This document shows positions 24,194 to 37,235 of a DNA stretch of 64,000 nt, in pieces. Location of the stretch: contig JAUCBJ010006199.1 in NCBI GenBank assembly GCA_032718475.1, positions 3,887-67,886 on the forward strand. The letters run 5' to 3'. A model generated the notes under the pieces. The model saw only the letters and a list, made by a program, of their open reading frames with translations, made no database searches and was not told where the DNA came from. The position numbers and the translations under genes were made by a program. The stretch is from Nemertoderma westbladi (lineage: Eukaryota > Animalia > Xenacoelomorpha). The first letter of the stretch is position 1, and each line of letters starts with the position of its first letter.

Positions 24194-26225
24194 CTTTCCC
24201 TATCCCCTCTCCACAATGAGTGGGCCCATCCGTGTTCAACTTACTTTCCCTATCCCCTCTCGACAATGAGTGGGCCCATCCGTGTTCAACTTACTTTCCC
24301 TATCCCCTCTCGACAATGAGTGGGCCCATCCGTGTTCAACTTACTTTCCCTATCCCCTCTCGACAATGAGTGGGCCCATCCGTGTTCAACTTACTTTCCC
24401 TATCCCCTCTCGACAATGAGTGGGCCCATCCGTCTTCAACTTACTTTCCCTATCCCCTCTCGACAATGAGTGGGCCCATCCGTGTTCAACTTACTTACCA
24501 TATCGCTCTCGACAATGAGTGGGCCCATCCGTGTTCAACTTACTTTCCCTATCCCCTCTCGACAATGAGTGGTCCCATCCGTGTTCAACTTACTTACCAT
24601 ATCGCTCTCGACAATGAGTGGGCCCATCCGTGTTCAACTTACTTTCCCTATCCCCTCTCGACAATGAGTGGGCCCATCCGTGTTCAACTTACTTACCATA
24701 TCGCTCTCCACAATGAGTGGGCCCATCCGTGTTCAACTTACTTTCCCTATCCCCTCTCGACAATGAGTGGGCCCATCCGTGTTCAACTTACTTTCCCTAT
24801 CCCCTCTCGACAATGAGTGGTCCCATCCGTGTTCAACTTACTTACCATATCGCTCTCGACAATGTTGGTGCCCATCCGTGTTCAACTTACTTTCCCTATC
24901 CCCTCTCGACAATGAGTGGGCCCATCCGTGTTCAACTTACTTTCCCTATCCCCTCTCGACAATGAGTGGGCCCATCCGTGTTCAACTTACTTTCCCTATC
25001 CCCTCTCGACAATGAGTGGTCCCATCCGTGTTCAACTTACTTACCATATCGCTCTCGACAATGTTGGTGCCCATCCGTGTTCAACTTACTTTCCCTATCC
25101 CCTCTCGACAATGAGTGGTCCCATCCGTGTTCAACTTACTTACCATATCGCTCTCGACAATGAGTGGGCCCATCCGTGTTCAACTTACTTTCCCTATCCC
25201 CTCTCGACAATGAGTGGGCCCATCCGTGTTCAACTTACATTTTCTATCCCCTCTCCACAATGAGTGGGCCAGGGGCCTGGCCCTTGCGAGTTCAACTTAC
25301 TTTTTCTATCCCCTCTCCACAATGAGTGGGCCAGGGGCCTGGCCCTTGCGAGTTCAACTTACTTTTTCTATCCCCTCTCCACAATGAGTGGGCCAGGGGC
25401 CTGGCCCTTGCGAGTTCAACTTACTTTTTCTATCCCCTCTCCACAATGAGTGGGCCAGGGGCCCGGCCCTTGCGAGTTCAACTTACATTTTCTATCCCCT
25501 CTCCACAATGAGTGGGCCAGGGGCCTGGTCCTTGCGAGTTCAACTTACTTTTTCTATCCCCTCTCCACAATGAGTGGGCCAGGGGCCTGGCCCTTGCGAG
25601 TTCAACTTACTTTTTCTATCCCCTCTCCACAATGAGTGGGCCAGGGGCCCGGCCCTTGCGAGTTCAACTTACTTTTTCTATCCCCTCTCCACAATGAGTG
25701 GGCCAGGGGCCTGGCCCTTGCGAGTTCAACTTACTTTTTCTATCCCCTCTCCACAATGAGTGGGCCAGGGGCCCGGCCCTTGCGAGTTCAACTTACTTTT
25801 TCTATCCCCTCTCCACAATGAGTGGGCCAGGGGCCCGGCCCTTGCGAGTTCAACTTACATTTTCTATCCCCTCTCCACAATGAGTGGGCCAGGGGCCCGG
25901 CCCTTGCGAGTTCAACTTACTTTTTCTATCCCCTCTCCACAATGAGTGGGCCAGGGGCCCGGCCCTTGCGAGTTCAACTTACTTTTTCTATCCCCTCTCC
26001 ACAATGAGTGGGCCAGGGGCCCGGCCCTTGCGAGTTCAACTTACTTTTTCTATCCCCTCTCCACAATGAGTGGGCCAGGGGCCCGGCCCTTGCGAGTTCA
26101 ACTTACTTTTTCTATCCCCTCTCCACAATGAGTGGGCCCGGCCCTTGCGAGTTCAACTTACTTTTTCTATCCCCTCTCCACAATGAGTGGGCCTATCCGT
26201 GTTAAACTTACTTTTTCTATCCCCT
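24194..26225. repeat. Composite minisatellite (50-bp and 62-bp units, ~37 copies) filling SRSF10 intron 3
   Basis: 50-bp units at ~24194-25255 and 62-bp units at ~25255-26135. Units carry the exon-end/donor sequence GGGGATAG(A/G)(A/G)AAA|GTAAGT on the minus strand, with a few variant copies. Confidence 0.97.
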
Positions 26226-26315
26226 TGTGCAAACTGAACCTCGAGCTCCCTCCCGTAGAATCTGTAACCATCCAAGTCGTATTGAGCATCTTCAGCATCG
26301 CGATATTCTTCAAAC
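26212..26315 (-). CDS. SRSF10: SRSF10/12-like exon 3 (FEEYRDAEDAQYDLDGYRFYGRELEVQFAQGDRK)
   Basis: RRM C-terminal half, 104 nt; preceded by an AC acceptor and followed by GTAAGT. Confidence 0.95.
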
Positions 26316-26865
26316 GTATATTTTATTTCGATGATGGAAAATACTGGTTTATGAATGATATGTTACGGACTTTTAAAGTATAAATAGTTAAAACAATGTT
26401 TATACAATAAAGGCAGACAAAGAAACAGGGTATAAAAGAAACTGGCACAAGATGCAATAAGAATTACCCAAACTATACTATCCTGCATAAAATAAGGTTA
26501 GAGTATCATAGCATAGTGGAATAAAGAAATGGAATGTAGTATTAGTTAAATGGTGAATTAAATTCATTAATCAAGGGTAAGAGGCAAGTTAGTAAATAAA
26601 CATGACATTGTGACGTGGATTTATAGTATATACTTTGAATAATATGATAAGATCCAAGCAAAAGAAAATGATTTAAAACACTAAAAGTACTAATAATGTC
26701 TTGGAGCCAGGGTGAGTTGAAAACAGCAAAGAAGTTTGAAGCAGCAAACATTAAGGTTGTAGAGTAAGAGTACCCCAACACATATAAAATTAATTAGGAA
26801 TGTAATTAATACAGTATCAACTTCAGTTAAAAGCGCTAAGCAAAAAATGAACCAACTACTAAAAC

Positions 26866-28875
26866 GACAGTGATCGCCGACAGTGATCACCGACAGTGAT
26901 TACCAACAGTGATCGCCGACAGTGATCGCCGACAGTGATCGCCGACAGTGATCGCCGACAGTGACCGCCGACAGTGATCGCCGACAGTGATCGCCTACAG
27001 TGATCGCCGACAGTGATCGTCGACAGTGATCACCGACAGTGATCGCCGACAATGATTGCCGACATTGATCGCCGCAGTGATCGCCGACAGTGACCGCCGA
27101 CAGTGATTACCAACAGTGATAGCCGACCCCGACAGTGATCGCCTACAGTGATCGCCGACAGTGATCGTCGACAGTGATCACCGACAGTGATCGCCGACAA
27201 TGATGGCCGACATTGATCGCCGACAGTGATCGCCGACAGTGACCGCCGACAGTGATCGCCGACAGTGATCGCCTACAGTGATCGCCGACAGTGATCGCCG
27301 ACAGTGATCGTCGACAGTGATCACCGACAGTGATCGCCGACAATGATTGCCGACATTGATCGCCGCAGTGATCGCCGACAGTGACCGCCGACAGTGATCG
27401 CCGACAGTGATCGCCGACAGTGATCGCCGACAATGATTGCCGACATTGATCGCCGACAGTGATCGCCGACAGTGATCGCCGACAATGATTGCCGACATTG
27501 ATCGCCGACAGTGATCGCCGACAGTGATCGCCCACAGTGATCGCCGACAGTGATCGCCGACAGTGATCGCCGACAATGATTGCCGACAGTGATCACCGAC
27601 AGTGATCGCCGACAGTGACCACCGACAGTGATCGCCGACAGTGATCGCCGACAGTGACCACCGACAGTGATCGCCGACAGTGATCGCCGACAGTGATCGC
27701 CGACAGTGATCGCCGACAGTGATCGTCGACAGTGACCGCCGACAGTGACCGCCGACAGTGATCGCCGACAGTGATCGTCGACAGTGATCGCCGACAGTGA
27801 TCGCCGACAGTGACCACCGACAGTGATCGCCGACAGTGATCGCCGACAGTGACCGCCGACAGTGACCGCCGACAGTGATCGCCGACAGTGATCGCCGACA
27901 GTGACCACCGACAGTGGTCGCCGACAGTGACCGCCGACAGTGATCGCCGACAGTGATCGCCGACAGTGACCACCGACAGTGACCGCCGACAGTGATCGCC
28001 GACAGTGATCGCCGACAGTGACCGCCGACAGTGATCGCCGACAGTGATCGCCGACAGTGATCGCCGACAGTGATCGTCAACAGTGACCGCCGACAGTGAC
28101 CGCCGACAGTGATCGCCGACAGTGATCGCCGACAGTGATCGCCGACAGTGATCGCCGACAGTGACCGCCGACAGTGATCGCCGACAGTGATCGTCGACAG
28201 TGACCGCCGACAGTGATCGCCGACAGTGATCGCCGACAGTGATCGCCGACAGTGATCGCCTACAGTGATCGCCGACAGTGATCGCCGACAGTGACCGCCG
28301 ACAGTGATCGCCGACAGTGATCGCCTACAGTGATCGCCGACAGTGATCGTCGACAGTGATCACCGACAGTGATCGCCGACAATGATTGCCGACATTGATC
28401 GCCGCAGTGATCGCCGACAGTGACCGCCGACAGTGATTACCAACAGTGATAGCCGACCCCGACAGTGATCGCCTACAGTGATCGCCGACAGTGATCGTCG
28501 ACAGTGATCACCGACAGTGATCGCCGACAATGATGGCCGACATTGATCGCCGACAGTGATCGCCGACAGTGACCGCCGACAGTGATCGCCGACAGTGATC
28601 GCCTACAGTGATCGCCGACAGTGATCGCCGACAGTGATCGTCGACAGTGATCACCGACAGTGATCGCCGACAATGATTGCCGACATTGATCGCCGCAGTG
28701 ATCGCCGACAGTGACCGCCGACAGTGATCGCCGACAGTGATCGCCGACAGTGATCGCCGACAATGATTGCCGACATTGATCGCCGACAGTGATAGCCGAC
28801 AGTGATCGCCGACAATGATTGCCGACATTGATCGCCGACAGTGATCGCCGACAGTGATCGCCCACAGTGATCGCC
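26866..28875. repeat. 13-bp satellite (GACAGTGATCGCC)n, ~150 copies
   Basis: Directly visible; contains a 1330-bp-offset higher-order duplication. Confidence 0.97.
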
Positions 28876-29159
28876 TGTCGTATAATTTAGGTTGTTATCA
28901 TGGATATGGATAAGGTCACACAAGTCAAATTTAAATAACCAACGATCTGGAACATTGCGAATGTCATCAGTTTAACAATGATTATGTCCATGGTGAGACA
29001 GTGTATGGGTTAGCATGAATACATGAATACAAAAACATGCGAACATCCACCATAGTATAACTATAACATTATTGTGCTGTGCAAGTACAATGATCGGGAA
29101 GTGCAAGCTACCTAGATAAAACCCCAAATACACAAAATATTATTTGTATTCAAGGATAC

Positions 29160-29360
29160 TATGCCTTTTATACTTTAGGACGAATACTGTAGCTTTATCT
29201 TTTGATCTTGACTTTGTAAATCTTTTTCATTCTTTGAACTGAAGTTGAACTGGTTTAGGGCAATTTGACGCGGTTCCAATTATGAACTTTGTCTTTCACT
29301 TTGTGTCTTTTCTTTAATTTTAACTTTGATCTTGATCTTTCATGTCTGTGACTTTAGGGG
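29160..29360 (-). other. Candidate unproductive (poison) exon inside the U12 intron
   Basis: Preceded by a 70-nt GT-AG intron (CAG|GTAAGA at 29430; ttttttgtttag| at 29361). Purine-rich with AAAGACAAA and related motifs; followed by GTATCCTTG. Confidence 0.55.
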
Positions 29361-29617
29361 CTAAACAAAAAAATATGTATTTATTATATACAATCAACAA
29401 TAAAATATATATATCACAATCATTTCTTACCTGCGCCACTGTCACAACTTGCAGAATGTATATATATCATTTTGTACAATATATGCCTATTTTTGTACAT
29501 GTATTAATTATTAATTACATGTATATATTATGTTGTGCATGTAAACATGTACATGTTAATTAATATTTGCCCCGAATTAGTAATTATTATTATTAATATT
29601 ATACTAAGATCGTATTA

Positions 29618-29890
<273 letters not shown>

Positions 29891-29945
29891 TCAATTATAT
29901 AAGAAAATCAAATCACTCTATGTAATGTACTGTAACCAAGGTAAC

Positions 29946-30916
29946 AACAGGTCATGCAGCGAGTGGATTGCTGAAATTAGCGTGGGCCGATCGTTTCCCT
30001 ATTTATGGCACTTTTTTATAATATTTCTTTAAAAACTTCTTATACTACTTTTCTTAGGTGGATATGATAACTAGGGTTCATAGAAATACAATAAAAAGTA
30101 TTTCTGGAATTTTAATCTTGTAGTTGTCAAGGTAACCGGGTGCAAAGTTCAAACTTTTCCCGCCTGTAATTCAAGACGATGAGGGATTCTGTTCTTGAAA
30201 TTTGATAGGTGAGTAAAGGGAATAAAAGTCTATCAGAATATTTTACATTTGAATTTGTTTACATTCCCGTTGCCATGGTAATTAGTACAATGACAAATCT
30301 GAATAAGTCTACCAAATCTATAAAACACCATTTTTATTCGGTTTGTCAGTCAAAATAGTAAGTTAAAATTGCCAACATTTTATTTTATGAATAGTCAATT
30401 GTGAATGACAGTTATGAGGGTCAATATGTGACAATAACCAAAACTGTCCAATCAGAGAGAAAGACCCGTGAGAGCATGTTTTTACATTCCAGAATATTAA
30501 ATTTCGGTTAGCAATTATTAGAAACAAAGGACAGCCAGCAGGCATGTCAGGTGCAAATGAAATAAATATTAAATAGTAGCCAAATTTCTCACTGGCGGTC
30601 ATAATGGCAAATTATCGTAATACCCATCACCATGGAAACGGGATTGAAAAAAATATTTAAATGTAAAATATTCTGATAGACTTGAATTACAGACTGGCAA
30701 AGTTTGAACTTTGCACCCGGTTGGTTACCTTGACAACTATAAGATAAAAATTCCAGAAAGACATTTTATTGTATTGCTATGAACTCTATTCATCATATCC
30801 ATCTAACAAAAGTAGCATAAAATAAATTTCTAAGGAAATATTATGAAAAAGTGCCATAAATAGGGAAAAGATCGGCCTCCACTAATTTCAGCAATTCGAT
30901 CGCTGCTCGACCTGTT
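29946..30916. mobile_element. Non-autonomous foldback element/MITE with long imperfect inverted arms
   Basis: AACAGGTC..GCAGCGA..TTGCTGAAATTAG... at left mirrored at right over ~330 bp; no clear TSD. Confidence 0.75.
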
Positions 30917-31597
30917 ATTTAGTACACCTTGACCGTAACCTACTACATTCCCTAAGTTGTAATTATATTGCCTTGCGTTTACTGTTTTGGTTAGAAACGC
31001 CTCCAGCTGTGTCTCTCAATAATTGTTAAAGGTTATGTTTTGGCGAGGAAAGCACGCCTCTGTTCTCTTCTTAAGTTCAAGTGTTAAGAGTTTTAAGAGG
31101 TTTTGGTTAGATAAGTTGATTAAATTGTGATTGCAAGGTTTACTTTAAATTTAATGCTCTATCAATCAATACCTAATCATACAATTTCAGAAATACACTA
31201 AAATTGTTTACATATTTTTTATAACAAACAGGCAGATATAAATAAAGTAAATTTAATGAACTAGTTTAATGTTACAATATGGATTAAAACTATTTTATAT
31301 ACATACGTAGTGGTTTCCGTCTAAACCTCGTATTATTATTTCACTCACTACATTCGTTTGTACCGTATAACAACCACCCGGACTGAGATAAGCAAACAGC
31401 AAAGTGCTACTTTAATAACTAACTATACGTCTAAGTAAGTATTTTATGTTAAATATTGAATGCGAAAATAAAAATTATACTAATTATGTAATATTTCATG
31501 TGAATTGTTTCATGGTATGTTAATTACATTAAAAAAACTATCATGATAACACTACCTGAAGTCAAATTTACCAAATTCTAAAATAATTACTGCGATA

Positions 31598-33088
31598 TTA
31601 AAAATCCTCACATAAACTTTCCAAAGAAAGCTTATCAAGATAGACGGTAGCAGAGTTAATATTAGCAGAACCTTGAAACCTGACGGACAAAACCATATTG
31701 GACTCATTATCAACCGCTAAATGTTTAATCGCATCCGAAGTCCACAGTTGCTCTAACCAGTCGCCATGGAGTTTCTTTGATGAAGAAATCATAAGGCTAC
31801 TGTTGCCTAGAAACGGCTTCAACACGACTGATTCATTATTAACTAATGTTCCGTAATTAACAACCCAAGTAAGTTGCAATCGGTTTCTTGGAGGAAAGCA
31901 ATTCGAATCAATGTAGAAAAGCAGAAATACACTGTCGTCAATCGTGGACAAATCAAACTGCAAACACTCGCGAACCCTGTCTGAAGTGAATCCGAACCTG
32001 ACATTGAAGTTGTGACATTGAGGTTCCTGTCGACTCAAGCAAAACCAACTAGTGATACCATCAGCAACAGAATCACCAGGACAACGAACATATCCACGGC
32101 AAAAGTTTGTCGCCAAAGGCAACTTAAGCGATCTGATAAACAAAAACGGTTCCAACTTCTTCCAGAACTTTTTCTGATTTTCGTGAAAATTCTCCCATCC
32201 CAGATGTTCGTAAACCCAAGCGAAGGCGAACACAGCAACGGAGAGATTGAATTCCCGGATATGTTTGAGAGCGACATCGCAATTGAACCCACCCCCGCCG
32301 ACACAACCACGGCCGAAACAATCCACACCAACATAAACATCAAACTGCCGACCTTCCGACGATTTCAGCGAATGCCTTAAATTATCCTCTTCTGTTTTCC
32401 AGGTATAATTCAAGAAAACCCCGTCGCAAATATCGAAGAATTTATAATTATTGTCGTTGAGTTCGTTCTGCCAGTCAAGTTTACCTGCGAAGTTAACAGC
32501 ATCGTACCAAATAACAAACGAACCCGGAATACTCGAGTGCATCCGGCTGGACAATTCGTACAAGAATGACAACAAATTAGGGATAAGACTGGAATCTATA
32601 TCATTCTCAATATTCACGAGCCACCCATCGAATTTATAAAACACGGCGACGCGAACTAATTGGCTAACAACGCACTCAATGCTCCCGAATGAACTTAGAA
32701 ACTCACGACAAATCGTCGCGCCCAAATCGAACTCTGTTATGAAGGTGCCGAGAACGGGGACGGAATGTTTGTGAGCTGCGTCAACCCAACCAACCGGAGG
32801 GATTGTCACCAAATGATGAGAAAAATAACAAAAAATATCCACGTAATGCCAATAGTAGAACGAGAAGGCCTCAGTTGCGGGGCAACCAGAGACAAATCTG
32901 TCCTCCAAGTAGCCTCCTTTAAGGTCGTGGCAGATTAGCGTTCTCGGTCTATACGCTAGTTGGCGTTGCGATGCTGTTAGTCCAGGTTGCCTGGAGACCA
33001 AGCAGCTGTCTGTAGTCTCCTCCTGCCAGTCGTGCAGCTGTTCTAAATTGCGCAGAGGTGTGGATTCTAACTGTGGGTTCCGTTCCAT
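31598..33088 (-). CDS. ENGASE: Cytosolic endo-beta-N-acetylglucosaminidase (GH85), intronless, nested in SRSF10 intron 1
   Basis: CHDLKGGY, YFSHH..TIPP..W..AAH, LGTFITE, FDGWLVNIE (catalytic N-x-E), WYDAV, WQNELN, F(L)NY.W; open 496-aa ORF. Confidence 0.95.
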   Translation of the reverse strand: MERNPQLESTPLRNLEQLHDWQEETTDSCLVSRQPGLTASQRQLAYRPRTLICHDLKGGYLEDRFVSGCPATEAFSFYYWHYVDIFCYFSHHLVTIPPVGWVDAAHKHSVPVLGTFITEFDLGATICREFLSSFGSIECVVSQLVRVAVFYKFDGWLVNIENDIDSSLIPNLLSFLYELSSRMHSSIPGSFVIWYDAVNFAGKLDWQNELNDNNYKFFDICDGVFLNYTWKTEEDNLRHSLKSSEGRQFDVYVGVDCFGRGCVGGGGFNCDVALKHIREFNLSVAVFAFAWVYEHLGWENFHENQKKFWKKLEPFLFIRSLKLPLATNFCRGYVRCPGDSVADGITSWFCLSRQEPQCHNFNVRFGFTSDRVRECLQFDLSTIDDSVFLLFYIDSNCFPPRNRLQLTWVVNYGTLVNNESVVLKPFLGNSSLMISSSKKLHGDWLEQLWTSDAIKHLAVDNESNMVLSVRFQGSANINSATVYLDKLSLESLCEDF

Positions 33089-34689
33089 TTCGACACATTT
33101 GGACTCATGACTATTGATTATTTCTGTATGTTGTTAATGTACTTGTACATTACTGCAGTACCGGTAAGTAAGAATCTGGTCATGTTGATGTCAACCACTT
33201 TGATATGTGAGAAGCGGATTCATGGAATACAGATTTAATAAATCCTCAATAGCTCTGGTGGGAAATTTGAATTTCCCTTATTTCAGTTTCGGCTCTTTAG
33301 GCCTACTATCATACTTTTCTGTTCCACCTATAACATACAGATTAACACGAGTTGATGTTATTCATAATGTGTTTTACCGGAGGCTAGTGCAGTAGCTGTC
33401 TGGCTGATATTATACTGGGATAAAATGAAGGTGCATAAAATAAAATGAAGAACTGAGAAGGGGAGAGAATCGAAAGTTGCAGGGGGGGGGGGGGGGGGGG
33501 TGAAATTTAAAAAAAAATGTTGATCAAAATATAAAAAAAAATGTAGTAATTGTTTTGGCCACTTTCAGGCACACCATATAATGCGGCTGGTATTTTGCGA
33601 TAATAATAATACTCGGGATAAGTTGGTAGAAGTAGTAGTAGTTAACAATAACTAACAGTAAACGTTAATTCATAAATAAATGAAAAAAATACAGTGAAGG
33701 TAATTAATTACATACGTTATTACCCCATGGCCCGTAATATGGACCCCCCCCCCCCCCCAGATTTTTCATCAAATCTTTATCATATTGCTTGAAATTTGAA
33801 ACACAACTAGTTCCACTCACCGTCGTTGACCCCCATGAAGCCGGAATTTTCGATTTTGCCTTTAAAATTTTTATAAGCGTTTTGAAAAATTGTCTTTTGC
33901 GAAATCGCACCCTCTGTATCATGGCCATTCTTCACATTAGTCGTAATTTTTTCCTATTTAAATAGAAAGATTGCGTTGCAAGGATTCCATATATTTATAA
34001 CAATATCTGAATTTCATTGAGAAACAGCTAATATATAGGCGTTCAAAGAATGCAATGTTGAACGATCATTCGCTGTAGGCCATTTATTATAATTTAATAA
34101 ATACACAAATGGTCATTGGTCAGTAAGGATGGCACATTTTTGCAAATTCGCACTTTTGCTTATAAATCCACTTTACATTAACCGATTTTGATGGTTGATG
34201 GCTCGTTTTGAAGAATAGAGCGAGCTCTACAACATCTGAGTTGCACACTAATATTGTATTTTCACTACAAGAAGTCAAGTCATAAAAATGTATACCTTGG
34301 TGTCTACCTTGGGAGTTGCAAAATATAGTCCCCATGAAATGAGCTGCCATACAAAAATATGACTTAGGGTTAGGACAGGATTTTGGATAATAACTGGAAC
34401 ATAATATTTGGAGCACAACTTTGACTGCCTGTCATTTTCTACAAACGAACGGGTTTATACCGGCACTTATAATTTAATTACTTCTATAGAGCCCTTTGTG
34501 TTGGCTAAGATAAATTGTCGCTGCCCTTCCCGTTTCTATGATACTGCAGTATATTGGTATACCTTGGTATACATTTGTATCCCTTGGAAGTGAAAGAGTT
34601 TGTTCGTTCCAAGGTAGACATTTTTATACCAAGGTAGACAGTTTTAGCTCATTATACATATTATAAAGTTCAAGGTATACTCTATCAGT

Positions 34690-35005
34690 GTGATAAACAA
34701 TGGGACAGCAACACGCCAAGCTTCTACAATGTTTTCAAGGTATACAATGCAATTAATACACGGTAGGCGTTTAACAGCCCCAATACGATATAAACAATGG
34801 GGCCAAGCTTCAACAACGACTCCAAGGTATACAATACAATTAATACAACACGGTCTAGGCGTTTAACAGCCCCAATACGTTATAAACAATGGGGCCAAGC
34901 TTCAACAACGACTCCAAGGTATACAATACAATTAATACAACACGGTCTAGGCGTTTAACAGCCCCAATACGTTATAAACAATGGGAGTCGTTCAACAACG
35001 ACTCT
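34690..35005. repeat. ~91-bp tandem repeat, ~3 copies
   Basis: AAGGTATACAATACAATTAATACAACACGGTCTAGGCGTTTAACAGCCCCAATACG... repeated. Confidence 0.8.
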
Positions 35006-35844
35006 TAACAGCCCCACTGCCACTATAGGGATTTAAATCTAGCATTCTAGCACGGACCTTAGTTACTGTGTGATGTGCCACGTATTTAACTTAAGTATCT
35101 CCAGGCTTGAAATCAGAATACCGTTATAATTCATTTACAGGTACTTGGCAAGATAACTTTAGGGTGCGTTCATAAAGGCACGCGTTCAGGGGGGGGGGGG
35201 GGGGGGGGGGGGGGGATTCGTGTTAGTTATTGTTCCTATTTTGTGTTTTCGGATATTCAAAAAAATATAATATAAAATAAATTAAAAATTATATATTAAT
35301 TAAATTAATTAAATATTATTATTTATCTAGTCCTATTATTTATTTAAATTTAACTTTCATTTTCTCTGCTGGTGGCGAAATAATTTGTTCTTTTAATTTG
35401 CTTATTGAGTTATTCAACCAATGTCCTACTTAAATAAATTAATTACTTAGTAATTTTAAAATGTTCTTACAATTATTTTAAGCTAAGGGGTAACAAATTG
35501 TAGTATAAAATTGTAGAAATCCATAAATACGGAATATTTACGTGACATGCTTTATGAACTTCCCCTTTTAGTAAGGAATAATTTACTTTATGCCATTTTA
35601 TCAGCACACAGCACACGTCGCAATGGCACGTGTTGTTACAGAAATTCGACGTGCGTTACATCTGAAAAAAACAGTTGAGTAAAGAATACAGAACAAAATC
35701 CACAGTAGGTGAAAATGTCGATACCAGTCAATCCGAACAGCGTACAGCAAAGTCATGCAAGAAGGCAAAAGAGTAAATCAAACAAGAACAAGAAAGGCAC
35801 AGTTAACGTAATAAACAACGCCAAAAAAGTTAAAAATTGAGCCC

Positions 35845-37235
35845 ATGTACATACCTTGTTACACAAAACGAAGAATGCCTTGCTACACAACACACTCACT
35901 GTCTTGGTACACAAAACGTATACCTTGCCTTGGTACACAAAATGTATACCTTGCTACAACAAAACGTATACCTTGGTACACAAAACGTATACCTTGAAAA
36001 TTTAACCCAATGTAAACCTTGTTACACAAAACGTATACCTTGGTACACAAAACGTATACCTTGTTACACAAAACGTATACCTTGTTACACAAAAACGTAT
36101 ACCTTGGTACACAAAACGTATACCTTGGTACACAAAACATATACCTTGGTACACAAAACATATACTTTGGTACACAAAACGTATACCTTGGTACACAAAA
36201 CGTATACCTTGGTACACAAAACGTATACCTTGGTACACAAAACGTATACCTTGTTATACAAAACGTATACCTTGGTACACAAAACGTATACCTTGGTACA
36301 CAAAACGTATACCTTGGTACACAAAACGTATACCTTGGTACACAAAACGTATACCTTGGTACACAAAACGTATACCTTGGTACACAAAACGTATACCTTG
36401 GTACACAAAACGTATACCTTGTTACACAACACACGTGTCTTGGTACACAAAACGTATACCTTGGTACACAAAACGTATACCTTGGTACACAAAACGTATA
36501 TCTTGGTACACAAAACGTATACCTTGGTACACAAAAAGTATACCTTGGTACACAAAACGTATATCTTGGTACACAAAACGTATACCTTGGTACACAAAAC
36601 GTATACCTTGGTACACAAAACGTATACCTTGGTATACAAAACGTATACCTTGTTACACAACACGTATCTTGGTACACAAAACGTATACCTTGGTACACAA
36701 AACGTATACCTTGGTACACAAAACGTATACCTTGTTACACAACACGTATCTTGGTACACAAAACGTATACCTTGGTACACAAAACGTATATCTTGGTACA
36801 CAAAACGTATACCTTGTTACACAAAACGTATACCTTGGTACACAAAACGTATACCTTGTTACACAACACGTATCTTGGTACACAAAACGTATACCTTGGT
36901 ACACAAAACGTATACCTTGGTACACAAAACGTATACCTTGAAAAGAACCAATGTATACCTTGGTACACAAAACGTATACCTTGGTACACAAAACGTATAC
37001 CTTGGTATACAAAACGTATACCTTGTTACACAACACGTATCTTGGTACACAAAACGTATACCTTGGTACACAAAACGTATACCTTGGTACACAAAACGTA
37101 TACCTTGTTACACAACACGATCTTGGTACACAAAACGTATACCTTGGTACACAAAACGTATACCTTGGTACACAAAACGTATACCTTGAAAAGTTAACCA
37201 ATGTATACCTTGGTACACAAAATGTATACCATGAA
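35845..37235. repeat. 21-bp satellite (CTTGGTACACAAAACGTATAC)n, ~65 copies
   Basis: Directly visible; related inverted motifs at 34550-34640. Confidence 0.96.

Noticed and set aside
35161-35566. Possible Harbinger-like MITE (AGGG..GTTCATAAAG inverted ends)
   Set aside because: TIR match is short and imperfect and the TSD is inconsistent.
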